NCBI GenBank assembly: GCA_963665115.1
Contig: OY762007.1
Span: 8,128,001-8,192,000 of the forward strand
Direction of reading: 5' to 3'
Length of the DNA: 64,000 nucleotides
DNA from: an uncultured Rivularia sp.
GTDB lineage: Bacteria > Cyanobacteriota > Cyanobacteriia > Cyanobacteriales > Nostocaceae
This document shows positions 21,389 through 31,779 of the stretch, in pieces (the stretch's first letter is position 1; every line of letters begins with the position of its first letter). The position numbers and the translations under genes are program-made. The notes under the pieces were generated by a model. It worked only from the letters and a program-made list of their open reading frames with translations, made no database searches and was not told the DNA's origin.

Positions 21389-22008
21389 TTCAATCCTTTG
21401 TTGCAGCATCATTGGCATCACCGTGCCAAAACGGGAAAATTGTACGCTAAGCCTGAAACTATTTTCCAGCAAGCATTTTAGCTACTCATAAAAATACAGC
21501 ACCCTTTTTTTGATGTTTACCCTTATTTTATTGGTGCAGAGTAGTATATATTCTCTGTACCTTGATAATAATTGCTCCTTCACAAGATGCAATACCAGTT
21601 TGAATTATAATTTTTGTCTTCCTAAAAGAGCCGCACCCAAATTATTTTGAATCGCAATCGCAAATAGTGCAAAACTAAACCAAACCAAACCAAACTAAAA
21701 ATAAATTCTTTCCAAAAAAAAATATACTAAAGTCTAATTTTGATATTATTCTAATTTTGATATTGTTTAAGAGTTATATTTTACTTTTTGAGTCAAGACA
21801 ACCGTTTTGTGCGTAAGTTGATTTTTGGGTACTCGATTTCAAAAAGTGAATAAGTTGAAATTCCTGTTACCTATATATAAACAGGAGACACAAACAACCT
21901 AAACTCGGCAAATACATTTAGATTACTAATAGATTACTAAATCTGTAGTGATAATGTACCGAATGTTAGTTTTACCATCATTTAACGTTACTTATAAGGA
22001 GTTAAGCA

Positions 22009-22206
22009 ATGAAAACAAGCTTTAGCAGAAAATTATTATTGGTTCTAATCCCATTCATATCTATGTTTACAGCTTTTACCAACCCAAGCAATGCCGATAG
22101 TTTACTATCAAGTTCACAAAAGCTACAAGCACAAGATACAACCTCCGATTTCCCTATTATCTATGCGGTTGCTGGCGATAAGAATGGTCATAAAGGAGGA
22201 AGGTAA
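22009..22206 (+). CDS. small secreted peptide (65 aa), cargo of the cassette
   Basis: TAAGGAG RBS; basic + hydrophobic signal peptide ending SNA; C-terminus DKNGHKGGR. Confidence 0.7.
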   Translation: MKTSFSRKLLLVLIPFISMFTAFTNPSNADSLLSSSQKLQAQDTTSDFPIIYAVAGDKNGHKGGR

Positions 22207-22209
22207 TTA

Positions 22210-22590
22210 GAAAAACATTTGCTTGTTGAAAAACTTGCTTAACCTGTAAATGAAAGAGAAGGAGGATCTGCACAGCGGCTTCTCCTTCTCTAATATGAAA
22301 ATTTTCTGCTTTCATCATTCGGAAAGCACCGGACTGTAAATTCTGACTTGACACCAATGATTTAACATTTAAGCTTTCCCCATCTGGTAAAAATCAAGTT
22401 GATTTCATCAATGAAGAATAAAATCGGGCTAAACGCTTCAATCTTTTTCTTAGCTAGGTAAGCTTGTTCGTTCTTCCAGATACGGTATTGAATTTCTAAA
22501 GCAGCTTCTAACAATCCAAAGACCGATTTGGGAACGCCCAACCAATCAACACGAGTAAATATTTTTGGTTCTTCAGTACTTAGTATGCTT
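22210..22590 (-). pseudogene. fragment of FtsK/HerA/TraD-like P-loop ATPase
   Basis: Manual translation TEEPKIFTRVDWLGVP...LEIQYRI...PILFFIDEINL (Walker B-like), then frameshifted NVKSLVSSQNLQ. Confidence 0.5.
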
Positions 22591-22754
22591 AACTAATAGC
22601 TAAAATTCCAATGAAGTAAACATCTAAGAGGGTGTTTGAAAAGTCCAAGCGCGTACAATTTTCTCGTTTTGGCACGGTGATGCCTCATTCTTGTACGTCG
22701 CGGTAGCTGTGATAACTGCTCACTGATAACTGATAACTGCTCACTGCTCACTGC

Positions 22755-24563
22755 TCACTGCTCACTGATTTTTACTCGAATCAAACCATAAGCCTGTTTC
22801 GCGTCTAATTTCTCATAGTCAGATGGTTCTAAACCCATTTCAGGAAACTTTTTCGGTTCTGCCAGAATTAATATTGAGTCAGATTTGACTTGATTTTGAA
22901 TATAGTCTGCTGCTTTTACGTTGCTGCTAATATAATTAATTTTACGTTGACTATAAAAAGCAACGCTGGGTTTTTTAAAGCCAACCATAACTATTTCTTC
23001 TCCAGGCTGTTGTACCCGTGCAGCTAACTGCGATAATTGCTTCAAAGGTAGCTGACGACTAGCATCAGATACAAATATAGCTGGAGTTAGAACTAATACC
23101 ATGAATGCTGAAAACGCTAACAAATTAATACAGATTAAATGTAAATAACGGCGACGTATTAAGAAAATTGCAATAATTACGGCAGCAGCCAGCCAAATAA
23201 TTCCTCCTAAAACTGGTAAATTAGACCTCTGCAACATTTGTTGAAAATTTGGTGCTGCGGGATCGGGGCCAATTAAACTGCTAACTTTAAAAAAGGCAAA
23301 TCCTACTGCTGAAATAAAGACTATATTTAACCATCCACTTGCTTGCATTAAAGGCGAGGAAAGTAACACGGGAGATAAGGAAGAGTTAGAAGCAGATGTT
23401 TTACTCAAATGCGTACTCCTATCTACTATCAAATCGCCCCACAGTAACGCTATCAAAATACCAGCGGCTGGCATTAACGGTAACACGTAGCTGGGCAGCT
23501 TGGTAACGGCAATGGTAAAAAAGCTGAAAACACCAACAAACCAACATAAAGCGAATAAACCAAGTTGTTGAGAACGTTCGGTAGATATCCACGATTTACG
23601 CTGCCAAAACTTCAGTCTTATCATTGCAGCAGGCAAATAAACCGCATAGGGAGCAAAACCAACTGCTACAACCACAAAATAAAAATACCACGGAGCCGAA
23701 TGTCCGTTAACAACATCTGTAAACCGCTCAACATTATGTAAGCCAAAAAAGGAATCAATAAAATTCCAACCATTACTTAAAGTTACCAATACATACCAAG
23801 GAATTGACACGGCAGAGATAACGAGCATTCCTCGAATCAGATGGATTTCTTTTACTACCTGCCAAAAATTTCCTAAATAAACCAAGAATAGAAAAATAAT
23901 AAAACCGGGTAAGACAATACCCACAGGTCCCTTAGTTAAAATAGCTAAACCAATTAATACATAAAAAGCAAAATACCACCGTGCTTTTACGGTAGAATCA
24001 ACAGGTTGAGAATATCCTTGAAAAAAGCATAATAAAGCCGAAGCCATACATCCCGTAAGCAGCATATCCGAAACGCCTACTCGACCCCAAGCAATCATTT
24101 CTGGATTTAGAGCGATTACAGCGGCACCTAAACCAGCAGTTAGCCAACGACGATAAGGACGGTACACCCCTTGTAAATCGTCGTTTTTAGCTTGATGATA
24201 GTAAAGAGTATAAAACGCCAAACCAATCAAACCCAAAGCCGCGATCGCAGAAGGTAAACGTACTGCCCATTCATTCACCCCAAAAATCATGTAACCTATT
24301 GCTTGACACCAGTAAATCAAAGCGGGTTTATCGAAACGAGTTTCCCCATTAAAATAAGGTGTAATCCAATCACCTGTAACATACATTTGCCGAGAAGCTT
24401 CTGCAAACAGGGGTTCAGTCTCATCAATTAAGCTAAAATCTCCCAAACGCCAAAAAAAAGCAATCCCCGCAACGAAAATTACCCATAAAATCGATAACAT
24501 CACAGCAAGTTGCGGACGCTTTTCCATATTTTTCCACCAATACTTGGAAACACTTTGAGTCAT
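22755..24563 (-). CDS. ArnT/PMT-family (GT39) membrane glycosyltransferase
   Basis: DETEPLFAEASRQM, FDKPALIYW, RLPSA, LTKGPVG, TKLPSY. Confidence 0.92.
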   Translation of the reverse strand: MTQSVSKYWWKNMEKRPQLAVMLSILWVIFVAGIAFFWRLGDFSLIDETEPLFAEASRQMYVTGDWITPYFNGETRFDKPALIYWCQAIGYMIFGVNEWAVRLPSAIAALGLIGLAFYTLYYHQAKNDDLQGVYRPYRRWLTAGLGAAVIALNPEMIAWGRVGVSDMLLTGCMASALLCFFQGYSQPVDSTVKARWYFAFYVLIGLAILTKGPVGIVLPGFIIFLFLVYLGNFWQVVKEIHLIRGMLVISAVSIPWYVLVTLSNGWNFIDSFFGLHNVERFTDVVNGHSAPWYFYFVVVAVGFAPYAVYLPAAMIRLKFWQRKSWISTERSQQLGLFALCWFVGVFSFFTIAVTKLPSYVLPLMPAAGILIALLWGDLIVDRSTHLSKTSASNSSLSPVLLSSPLMQASGWLNIVFISAVGFAFFKVSSLIGPDPAAPNFQQMLQRSNLPVLGGIIWLAAAVIIAIFLIRRRYLHLICINLLAFSAFMVLVLTPAIFVSDASRQLPLKQLSQLAARVQQPGEEIVMVGFKKPSVAFYSQRKINYISSNVKAADYIQNQVKSDSILILAEPKKFPEMGLEPSDYEKLDAKQAYGLIRVKISEQ

Positions 24564-24928
24564 CAGTTTATAATCAGTGGGACACTCACTAGTTATTAGT
24601 CATTAATAATCGGTTGTTAGTCAATAGTCAAAGACAACTACCACTCCACACTTTAATGACTCCCGTGAAAATGCTCTGTTCCTTTGTTTTGAGTAGATGG
24701 GGGGATGGGGGGACATTATTAAAGTAGTGAGTAGTGAGTAATGAGTAGTGAGTAATGAGTAGTGAGTAAAAATAGGCGGGTCGCTATGATTGACATTTAT
24801 GACAATAATAATAAAAAGTGATTTACTTGCTACTCTCTACTTGCTACTCCTAACTCTTAACTCTCAATGCCCAATTCCCAATGCCCAATCCCCCAACTAA
24901 TAACTATCAACTAACAACTAACAACTAA

Positions 24929-25261
24929 ATGCAAAACACTCGTCTAAACTCTCTATTCGATTTAATTGTCAGGAATCTAGCTCTATGGTTTCTTAATCCT
25001 TGGCGGAGAATTTCGCTGCTGATTATCAGTTTTTTGTTTGGCGTTTTTATGGGAACGGTAGCTGCTACTTCAGCAGGACAAAGAGCAGTTTTAGATGTTG
25101 TTGTGGCTGCATTTTTAGTATTTTTAACGGAAATTAGCAGTCGAATAGTTTACAGACGACCACCCAAAGAACGGAGAAAACTTTGGGTAGAATCACTTAA
25201 TCTTTTTAAGGTCGGTTTTATTTATAGCTTATTTATAGAAGCGTTTAAATTGGGTTCTTGA
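24929..25261 (+). CDS. DUF565 / Ycf20-like membrane protein
   Basis: MQNTRL...NPWRR.SL...EAFKLGS signature. Confidence 0.88.
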   Translation: MQNTRLNSLFDLIVRNLALWFLNPWRRISLLIISFLFGVFMGTVAATSAGQRAVLDVVVAAFLVFLTEISSRIVYRRPPKERRKLWVESLNLFKVGFIYSLFIEAFKLGS

Positions 25262-25335
25262 AGAATAGGGAATCAGGTAAAAATAATTATCCATGCCTAA
25301 TAACCTATCCCCTATTCCCAACTATTAATTATTAA

Positions 25336-26160
25336 TTATTCACCGAAATTTACAGTCATTGCATAAATTCTTACATCTAAAGGTTCAAGATTGGGATTGC
25401 TTGAGGATAATTCTCGGTCTCCAGAGACAGCTGCATACTGCTTCGGGTACTTCCCATATGCATTGTCATCTGATGGATTGAGTGTCAGAGAAAGTTTACC
25501 TTTATATTTAGATAATTTAGTACCTTCCAAATTTACTAAACCACCGTAATCCCAGCCAAATCCGGTTAACTTAAATTCACCTAATACTTCGCGTAATCCT
25601 TCTATAGAAGTTCCTGGCCCCAGCCCTTCAAGGGTTTTCCATTGCCGACCAAAACCTTTAATATACAGAATTTTATTACGACTTTTATCTTTCCAGAAAA
25701 TTGTCAAAGCACCAGGTGTAGTTGAATTAACTTTGGTAACTGGAACTGAAACTGTACCCTCACCTTGCAAAATTACGTCATCTTTTAGATTGGTTTCACC
25801 ATACAATTCAACTAAATCTGCACGGGTAGTTTCACCAGTAATAAGACCAACACGCTTTCCTGGAATTATAAAAGTATCATTTACTGGTTTCAAATAATCA
25901 ACTTTAGCCTTAACAGGTTGTTGAGATGAATTATTTTGTGAATTATCTGTGTTTCTGGAATTGCTTGCTGCTACAGGTTGCTTTTGAAGTGAATTGGTTT
26001 GTGTACCCGTGTTCTGTTCCTCTATCGTTACGGGATTCGATGGTTGGGTTGCTGCTTGTGTTTCTTGTGGTACAGAATTTACAGTATTGTTATCCGAGCA
26101 ACCTACTCCTACTACTAAAGTCAAAACAGCGATCGCAAGATTCTTGTTTATGAAAATCAT
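25336..26160 (-). CDS. lipoprotein, paralog of 26301-26966
   Basis: Lipobox VGC; IIPGKRVG, WKTLEGLGPGTS, GFGWDYGG. Confidence 0.8.
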   Translation of the reverse strand: MIFINKNLAIAVLTLVVGVGCSDNNTVNSVPQETQAATQPSNPVTIEEQNTGTQTNSLQKQPVAASNSRNTDNSQNNSSQQPVKAKVDYLKPVNDTFIIPGKRVGLITGETTRADLVELYGETNLKDDVILQGEGTVSVPVTKVNSTTPGALTIFWKDKSRNKILYIKGFGRQWKTLEGLGPGTSIEGLREVLGEFKLTGFGWDYGGLVNLEGTKLSKYKGKLSLTLNPSDDNAYGKYPKQYAAVSGDRELSSSNPNLEPLDVRIYAMTVNFGE

Positions 26161-26300
26161 TTATATACCTTAGACTACTTAGTAATTACAGAATAACCAT
26201 TCTAATTTATACTTCCAAGCTAAGTTAGCTGATTCCTTAAACCATCGAAACTTCAGTAATTATTGTTATCAGTGCCCAATGCCCCATGCCCAATTACCAA

Positions 26301-26966
26301 TTATTCATCAAAATGAACGGTCATTTGAGAAATTTTCAGATCCAAAGGTTGCCAATTAGGATTAGTTGAAGATAATTCTCTGTCACCTAATACGGCTTGA
26401 TGTTGCTGAAAATATTTTTTTATAGCTTCTTGATTGGGAGCAACTTTGAGAGAAAGTGTTCCTTGATATTCAGATAACTTAGTAGTTGCCAAATTGATAA
26501 ATCCGCCGTAATCCCAACCCAATCCAGTTAACTTGAAATCACCTAGTTTTTTACTTAATTCTTGAAAAGAAGTTCCCACACCGATACCTTCGGGAGTTTT
26601 CCAAGCAGAACCAAAATCTCTGACATATAATAATTTTTGCCGAGTATCTTGTTCCCAAGCAACTGTAAAATATTTTTCTCCACCCAGATTAACCTTAGTA
26701 ACGGGAACTGAGATTGTTCCCTCATCTTCTAAAACAACGTCGTCTTTGAGCCTTGATTCACCAAACATTTTGACTAAATCGGCGCGATTAGTTTTTCCCG
26801 TTACCGCACCAACCTGCTTTCCTGGGATTATCAAAGTATTATTTAATTTGTCGGATTTCGATTGGAATAAATTAGATAGTGAAAAACTTGGTGCTGAATT
26901 TATAGAAGAACAACTTACTATCAAACTTAAAATAATAACGGCGATAACCTTACCAATTGAAAGCAT
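26301..26966 (-). CDS. lipoprotein, paralog of 25336-26160
   Basis: Lipobox VSC; IIPGKQVG, WKTPEGIGVGTS, GLGWDYGG. Confidence 0.8.
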   Translation of the reverse strand: MLSIGKVIAVIILSLIVSCSSINSAPSFSLSNLFQSKSDKLNNTLIIPGKQVGAVTGKTNRADLVKMFGESRLKDDVVLEDEGTISVPVTKVNLGGEKYFTVAWEQDTRQKLLYVRDFGSAWKTPEGIGVGTSFQELSKKLGDFKLTGLGWDYGGFINLATTKLSEYQGTLSLKVAPNQEAIKKYFQQHQAVLGDRELSSTNPNWQPLDLKISQMTVHFDE

Positions 26967-27176
26967 CTATATACCTCAAAAAGAATTATCTATGAATTAA
27001 AAATGATTTCTAATTATAGAAAAATACAAATTGAGTATATAGTAATGATAAGTATAATCAAGTATAAAACTGACATTTAATCTTAATTTAAAACTCAAGC
27101 AAGCTTGACACGTCAGCAACTGAGCAAATCTTCTGTTTTATCAATTAGCAATTACCAATTACCAATTACCAAAATT

Positions 27177-27953
27177 CTAGATATTATAAGCTTTCCAAAA
27201 AATATAAACCGCTAAAACAGCTAGCCCAATCCGAAATGTTAAACTAACAATTCTATCTGGTAATCGAGGTAAAAAACGGGTACTAAGTTGTGCCCCTAGA
27301 AGTCCACCAAATCCTAAAATTAAACCTTGAGCAAGCAATATATTACCTTCAATGGCGTGTCTAGTTGCCGAAGAGATAGAGCTAATAACAATAACTCCCA
27401 AACTAGTTTGAATTGCTTTTTTAATCGGTTCTCTTAGTAAAAGCATTTGTAACGGTACCATAATCACACCGCCACCTACCCCGAATATACCAGCAAGCAT
27501 ACCAGCAAGACCGCCAGTAACAATTCGAGAAACAATAGAACCGAACTTTGATTGTTGATTTTGTTCGTTTTCTGTTTCTTCTTGCTTTTCCGATAATTTC
27601 TTGCGTAATTCTACTAAGTAAATAGTAAATAAAAGTAAAATTCCAAAGGAAGCTAATTGATTGCGGGGAGGAATAAACTTTGCTATTCCAGCACTAAAAT
27701 AAGCTGTGAGTGCCGCAGGTAATGCTAGAAAAATAACCTTTTTAAAATTTATATAGCCCATACGCCAATTCTGGATAGTTCCAGAAGTCGCCGTAATTAC
27801 AATTGCCAGACTACTAGTAGCAACAGCCTGCAATGGCGTGTATCCAAATGCCAATAATATCGGTACTAAAATCGTACCACCACCAATACCCAGCAATCCA
27901 GCAAGGATACCTGAGATTAATCCACTAATTACTAAAAGGAACCAATTTTCCAT
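27177..27953 (-). CDS. TauE/SafE-family sulfite exporter-type permease
   Basis: GLLGIGGG.ILVP, GIFGVGGGVIMVP, A..TSL repeats. Confidence 0.9.
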   Translation of the reverse strand: MENWFLLVISGLISGILAGLLGIGGGTILVPILLAFGYTPLQAVATSSLAIVITATSGTIQNWRMGYINFKKVIFLALPAALTAYFSAGIAKFIPPRNQLASFGILLLFTIYLVELRKKLSEKQEETENEQNQQSKFGSIVSRIVTGGLAGMLAGIFGVGGGVIMVPLQMLLLREPIKKAIQTSLGVIVISSISSATRHAIEGNILLAQGLILGFGGLLGAQLSTRFLPRLPDRIVSLTFRIGLAVLAVYIFWKAYNI

Positions 27954-28071
27954 GTTTTAATTGTTAGTTGTTAGTTGTTAATTGTTAGTTGTTAGTTGAT
28001 TTTGATATATTAATTTATCAACTATAAATTCCTAACTCTTAACTCCTCATTACCAATCTAAAATCTAAAAT

Positions 28072-29040
28072 CTAAAATTTCCAACTCCCTTGTGGTAAAA
28101 TCGCTTTCGATAACATTCCATGTACGCCTTTTTGCGGTAAATTGACGACTTGGGTAATGCGAAAACTTACAGCTAAACTGCATAATACATAGGCATCTTC
28201 TGGTGATAACTTCGTGCAGCTTACCAGAAAATCGATCGTATTTTGTAAGGCTTTTTCTAAAGCTTCATCTAATGTAGGAGCAAAGCCCATCGTGATGATA
28301 TCAGTGGGGGTTTCGGCAATTGGTGTTGAGATTTGCAAATCTTTGCGAAGCTTTAGTTCGATAGTACCGTTCATGGAAGTTTCAATTGCAGTCACATTTA
28401 CTTCCCCGTCTCCCTGAGTTGAATGTCCGTCACCGATGGAAAATAACGCACCGGGAACGAATACGGGTAAAAATATTTTGGAACCAGCTTGTAATTCGCG
28501 GTTGTCGATATTGCCACCATAGCTTCCCGGAGGTATAGAATTTCGGGAATTTTCGGGTGTTGCAACGCCAAGGATGCCGAAAAATGGTTTGAGGGGAATT
28601 TGAATACCGCTACCCGTAGGAAATTCTGCAAGGTTATTTTCTAAATTCAAAGGAATAAATCTTAAAGCAGGTTGATTAAACTGTTGCGGTAAAGCACCAC
28701 AATTTTTACGAATAGCATTAAAACCAACTGGTAAACTTGGTGTAATTTTCTTTAAAGTTACTTCTAAAACATCCCCCGGTTGAGCATCTTGGACGTAAAT
28801 CGGTCCCGTAAGTAAATGAGGTCCTGCTGCAATTTTACGTTTGGGGGAGAGATTTTCGTATATATCAAGCAATGCGGGAGTTACAAACTCCGCCGGGGCT
28901 TTGTCGCAAACATGAAATCCCGTGTAAGTTTCTACATCCACCGTATCGCCGGAGTTCACGGTTATTACTGGTTCGAGTAGATGCGAAAAACCGCCAAGAT
29001 GCACGGTATCTTTGGTTGCTTTGATGATGTGACGAGTCAT
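28072..29040 (-). CDS. acetamidase/formamidase family protein
   Basis: HLLTGPIYV..AQPGD, GGNID, GDGH..QGDGE...TAIE. Confidence 0.93.
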   Translation of the reverse strand: MTRHIIKATKDTVHLGGFSHLLEPVITVNSGDTVDVETYTGFHVCDKAPAEFVTPALLDIYENLSPKRKIAAGPHLLTGPIYVQDAQPGDVLEVTLKKITPSLPVGFNAIRKNCGALPQQFNQPALRFIPLNLENNLAEFPTGSGIQIPLKPFFGILGVATPENSRNSIPPGSYGGNIDNRELQAGSKIFLPVFVPGALFSIGDGHSTQGDGEVNVTAIETSMNGTIELKLRKDLQISTPIAETPTDIITMGFAPTLDEALEKALQNTIDFLVSCTKLSPEDAYVLCSLAVSFRITQVVNLPQKGVHGMLSKAILPQGSWKF

Positions 29041-29567
29041 AGGATTTTGGATTTTCTTGTTATTTCGAGAAGAAGCTTACAGATTTTACCTGGCAGTGGC
29101 TGCGTAAGTCCTGAATATAAAAAATAGCTATATGTTTATTTTAATACTTATATAACCGTATAAATACATTATAATTTTTTTAATTTGTTCGGGGTGTAAT
29201 AACCATATCTACTGTTTTAAATATCCCAAATAGCAAATTTAGAATATTTTGGTGCATCTATTCTAAATTTGCATTAGAGAAATCTGAAAATCTTTAATAT
29301 CAACGATTTATTTAAATATATAAACCGATAGTTAATGAGTTAAATTTATTTAATTCATTAATTTGATATAGATAATTATATAAATTCGCTTTGATTGATG
29401 AAATTACTAGTTGAAATAGGAAGCATAAAACTAGTATTTGATAGATTTCAAATGCTTCAAACGGTAAAAAAAACTGGGCAAGCATCACGTCCTGTATTTG
29501 TATATTTACAGCAATATTCATTATTTCAAATTATCGCGGCTAACTAATATAAAAAAATGAAACCTAT

Positions 29568-31370
29568 ATGCGTATTTTAAAAATAACGTTCTATGGATTA
29601 TTAGCATTATCTTTGCCCAAAATTGCCTTAGCAGGTGAAGATAATACCAATGTAAATCAAGACAATAATTTACAATCACAAAATTTAATTAATAAGCTTA
29701 AAGAAGCTAAACAAGAGTCGCAAAAGCAAACTACCGTAAATAAGTCTGAAGTTGATGCGAATTTATCTGCCGAATTTTCCCCAATTAGTACTCAAGCAAA
29801 AGACTTACAGATAGAACAAATAGAACCAAATATTTCTCCTTTACAAGAACCTCCGACAAGACTTTTTAATTTAGAAACAGCCAATCAACTACCTAAAGGT
29901 TCGGTACAATTTCAAGCGGGTACTCATCAAGCTAACCCAGGAGATAATCGTCAGGGAAATACAGGCTATCAAAACTATTACACGTCTTTAGATTGGGGAG
30001 TCACAGATAAGTTACAGTTAAGTTTTGCAGCACAATTCTTTGACGATCCAACTAAAGCTCAAATCAACGGAACATTCCCTAACTTGACATTTGTTTCTTT
30101 TGCGCCAAGCGTTAAATATCAAGTATTTCAAAATGAACGTTTAAAAGTAGCGGTAAGCGGTACGGCTGAATTATTAGAACTTTCTTCCGATCCAGGATTA
30201 TTTAATAATACTAATAAAAAGTCTTCGGAATATTTCGGTATTGGAAAGGTAGAAGTTCCAGTTACTTATAATGCCGATGACGATATTCAATTTCACTTCA
30301 CTCCTGGAGTTGTATTCTATCCCGACAAAGTAAAAAATGCAGATTTTTATGGCACTTTTATTAATGTTGGTGCGGGGGTAAGCTGGCAAACTTCAGAAAA
30401 ATTGAACTTATTTGCTAATGCTAATTTACCATTGGGACCTGGAGGTAATGCTTTAAGTTCTCAAGATAATTCTATTTTCCGCAAATTATTATGGACTGCT
30501 GGTACCCGTTATGCGATTAATCCTCGTGCTGGTGTAGAAGTTTACGGAAGCAATGCATTTGGGGCAACTCCAACTACTAGCCTTTTAGCTTTTATCCCCG
30601 ATGGAAATGAAGTAATATTTGGTGCTAACGTTAAATACATTTTTGATTTCGGTCAAAACTATGCTTCCAGTTTTGGAAATAAACCTGATATTCCTTTATC
30701 TAATCGCGACAAACAATTATTATTAGACGGTTTAACTCTTAGTAGCACCAGTACTTTATCACCAGATCGAATCCGATTAACTGCGGGTATGTCTTCTGGA
30801 GGAAATGCTAAATTAAACTTGATGTATGGTTTAGCAAATGATTTACAGTTAGAAATTCCGATCGAACAATTTGGAAATTACGATCGACTTCCGCCTTCCG
30901 AAACTTTTGGAAATGCAATCAAATTTGGTGCAGGTGCAAAATTAAGATTCCTCAACCAAGCACAAGGCGATCCATTTTCCTTGAGTGTAAAAGTCAAAGG
31001 AGTTAGAGATAGTAAACGTCCTCGGGTAGGTACTTTATTTGCAGAAATACCTATTGTTTATCAAAATAGCAATAAAACAGCACTATTTTTTAATCCTAAA
31101 GCTGCATTTTACAGAAAAGAAGAACGCTTTGGTTTAGGATTAGGAATAAATCAAGTTTTGACAGATAAATTGCAATTAATTAGTGAATTAACTCCCGTTT
31201 CCGGAGAAGAATTAGTTTGGAGTACGGGTTTACGCTACTTTGAAACTGAAGCAGATTTAGGCATTGATATTTACGCGAGTAATGCTAGCGGACAAAACAG
31301 CATTGGAGGATTAGTAGCAGATACAAGTACTAATTTTGGTTTTAATATCCACTGGCTATTTCGTTTGTAA
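29568..31370 (+). CDS. outer-membrane beta-barrel protein, internally duplicated
   Basis: Signal peptide, alternating amphipathic strands, C-terminal aromatic strand FGFNIHWLF; two homologous halves. Confidence 0.75.
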   Translation: MRILKITFYGLLALSLPKIALAGEDNTNVNQDNNLQSQNLINKLKEAKQESQKQTTVNKSEVDANLSAEFSPISTQAKDLQIEQIEPNISPLQEPPTRLFNLETANQLPKGSVQFQAGTHQANPGDNRQGNTGYQNYYTSLDWGVTDKLQLSFAAQFFDDPTKAQINGTFPNLTFVSFAPSVKYQVFQNERLKVAVSGTAELLELSSDPGLFNNTNKKSSEYFGIGKVEVPVTYNADDDIQFHFTPGVVFYPDKVKNADFYGTFINVGAGVSWQTSEKLNLFANANLPLGPGGNALSSQDNSIFRKLLWTAGTRYAINPRAGVEVYGSNAFGATPTTSLLAFIPDGNEVIFGANVKYIFDFGQNYASSFGNKPDIPLSNRDKQLLLDGLTLSSTSTLSPDRIRLTAGMSSGGNAKLNLMYGLANDLQLEIPIEQFGNYDRLPPSETFGNAIKFGAGAKLRFLNQAQGDPFSLSVKVKGVRDSKRPRVGTLFAEIPIVYQNSNKTALFFNPKAAFYRKEERFGLGLGINQVLTDKLQLISELTPVSGEELVWSTGLRYFETEADLGIDIYASNASGQNSIGGLVADTSTNFGFNIHWLFRL

Positions 31371-31524
31371 TCAATTATCAATTATTACTATTTATTCTCT
31401 AAAGATACTTGCCAGTTCCTCTTTATAAGTTGACACTTGTTTCTTCTTGATTATTTTTCATTGTTTGCTTCGGTTGGGAAGAAACATTATTCCCTTCCTT
31501 AATAAGTTCAAGTCTTCGACACTC

Positions 31525-31590
31525 GCCCTCTCCCCCTTCCCCTCTCCCAAGCTTGGGAGAGGGGTGCCCGTAAGGGCGGGGTGAGGGCCG
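31525..31590. repeat. CCCCTCTCCCAAGCTTGGGAGAGGGG palindromic repeat plus GCCCGTAAGGGC hairpin
   Basis: Same core family as the repeats flanking DUF559. Confidence 0.75.
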
Positions 31591-31634
31591 CATATATGAA
31601 CAAAAAGCGCGTAAATTTTCTCAAAATCAACACC

Positions 31635-31737
31635 CTAGTACCGCTTGGCGTAAGTAAGGTACCCATCTCAAATCTAATCATGAGCATCAATATTGAGTCT
31701 AGAAAATGGGTGCGCTATTTAAGCCGCACTGTACTAG
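31635..31737. mobile_element. MITE-like element with CTAGTAC...GTACTAG ends
   Basis: Imperfect terminal inverted repeats; related element at 58865-58975. Confidence 0.65.
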
Positions 31738-31779
31738 TCACACACTCTACAATTCCTAATTCCTAACTCTTGACCTTTT

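Larger units (their letters stand above)
21414..22684. mobile_element. non-autonomous transposon cassette with Tn3-like terminal inverted repeats and 5-bp target duplication
   Basis: IRL GGCATCACCGTGCCAAAACGGGAAAATTGTACGCTAAG (21414-21451); IRR 22651-22684 matches 33/34; TCATT directly outside both ends (21409-21413, 22685-22689); no transposase inside. Confidence 0.88.

Noticed and set aside
21414..22684. CRISPR repeats
   Set aside because: Only two copies, inverted, 1.2 kb apart, with a target duplication; no spacer array or cas genes.
29041..29567. NtcA site upstream of the amidase
   Set aside because: No GTA-N8-TAC match found by eye.
31508..31766. Two ~60-aa ORFs
   Set aside because: Read through palindromic repeat and MITE sequence (PLSQAWERG is repeat-derived).
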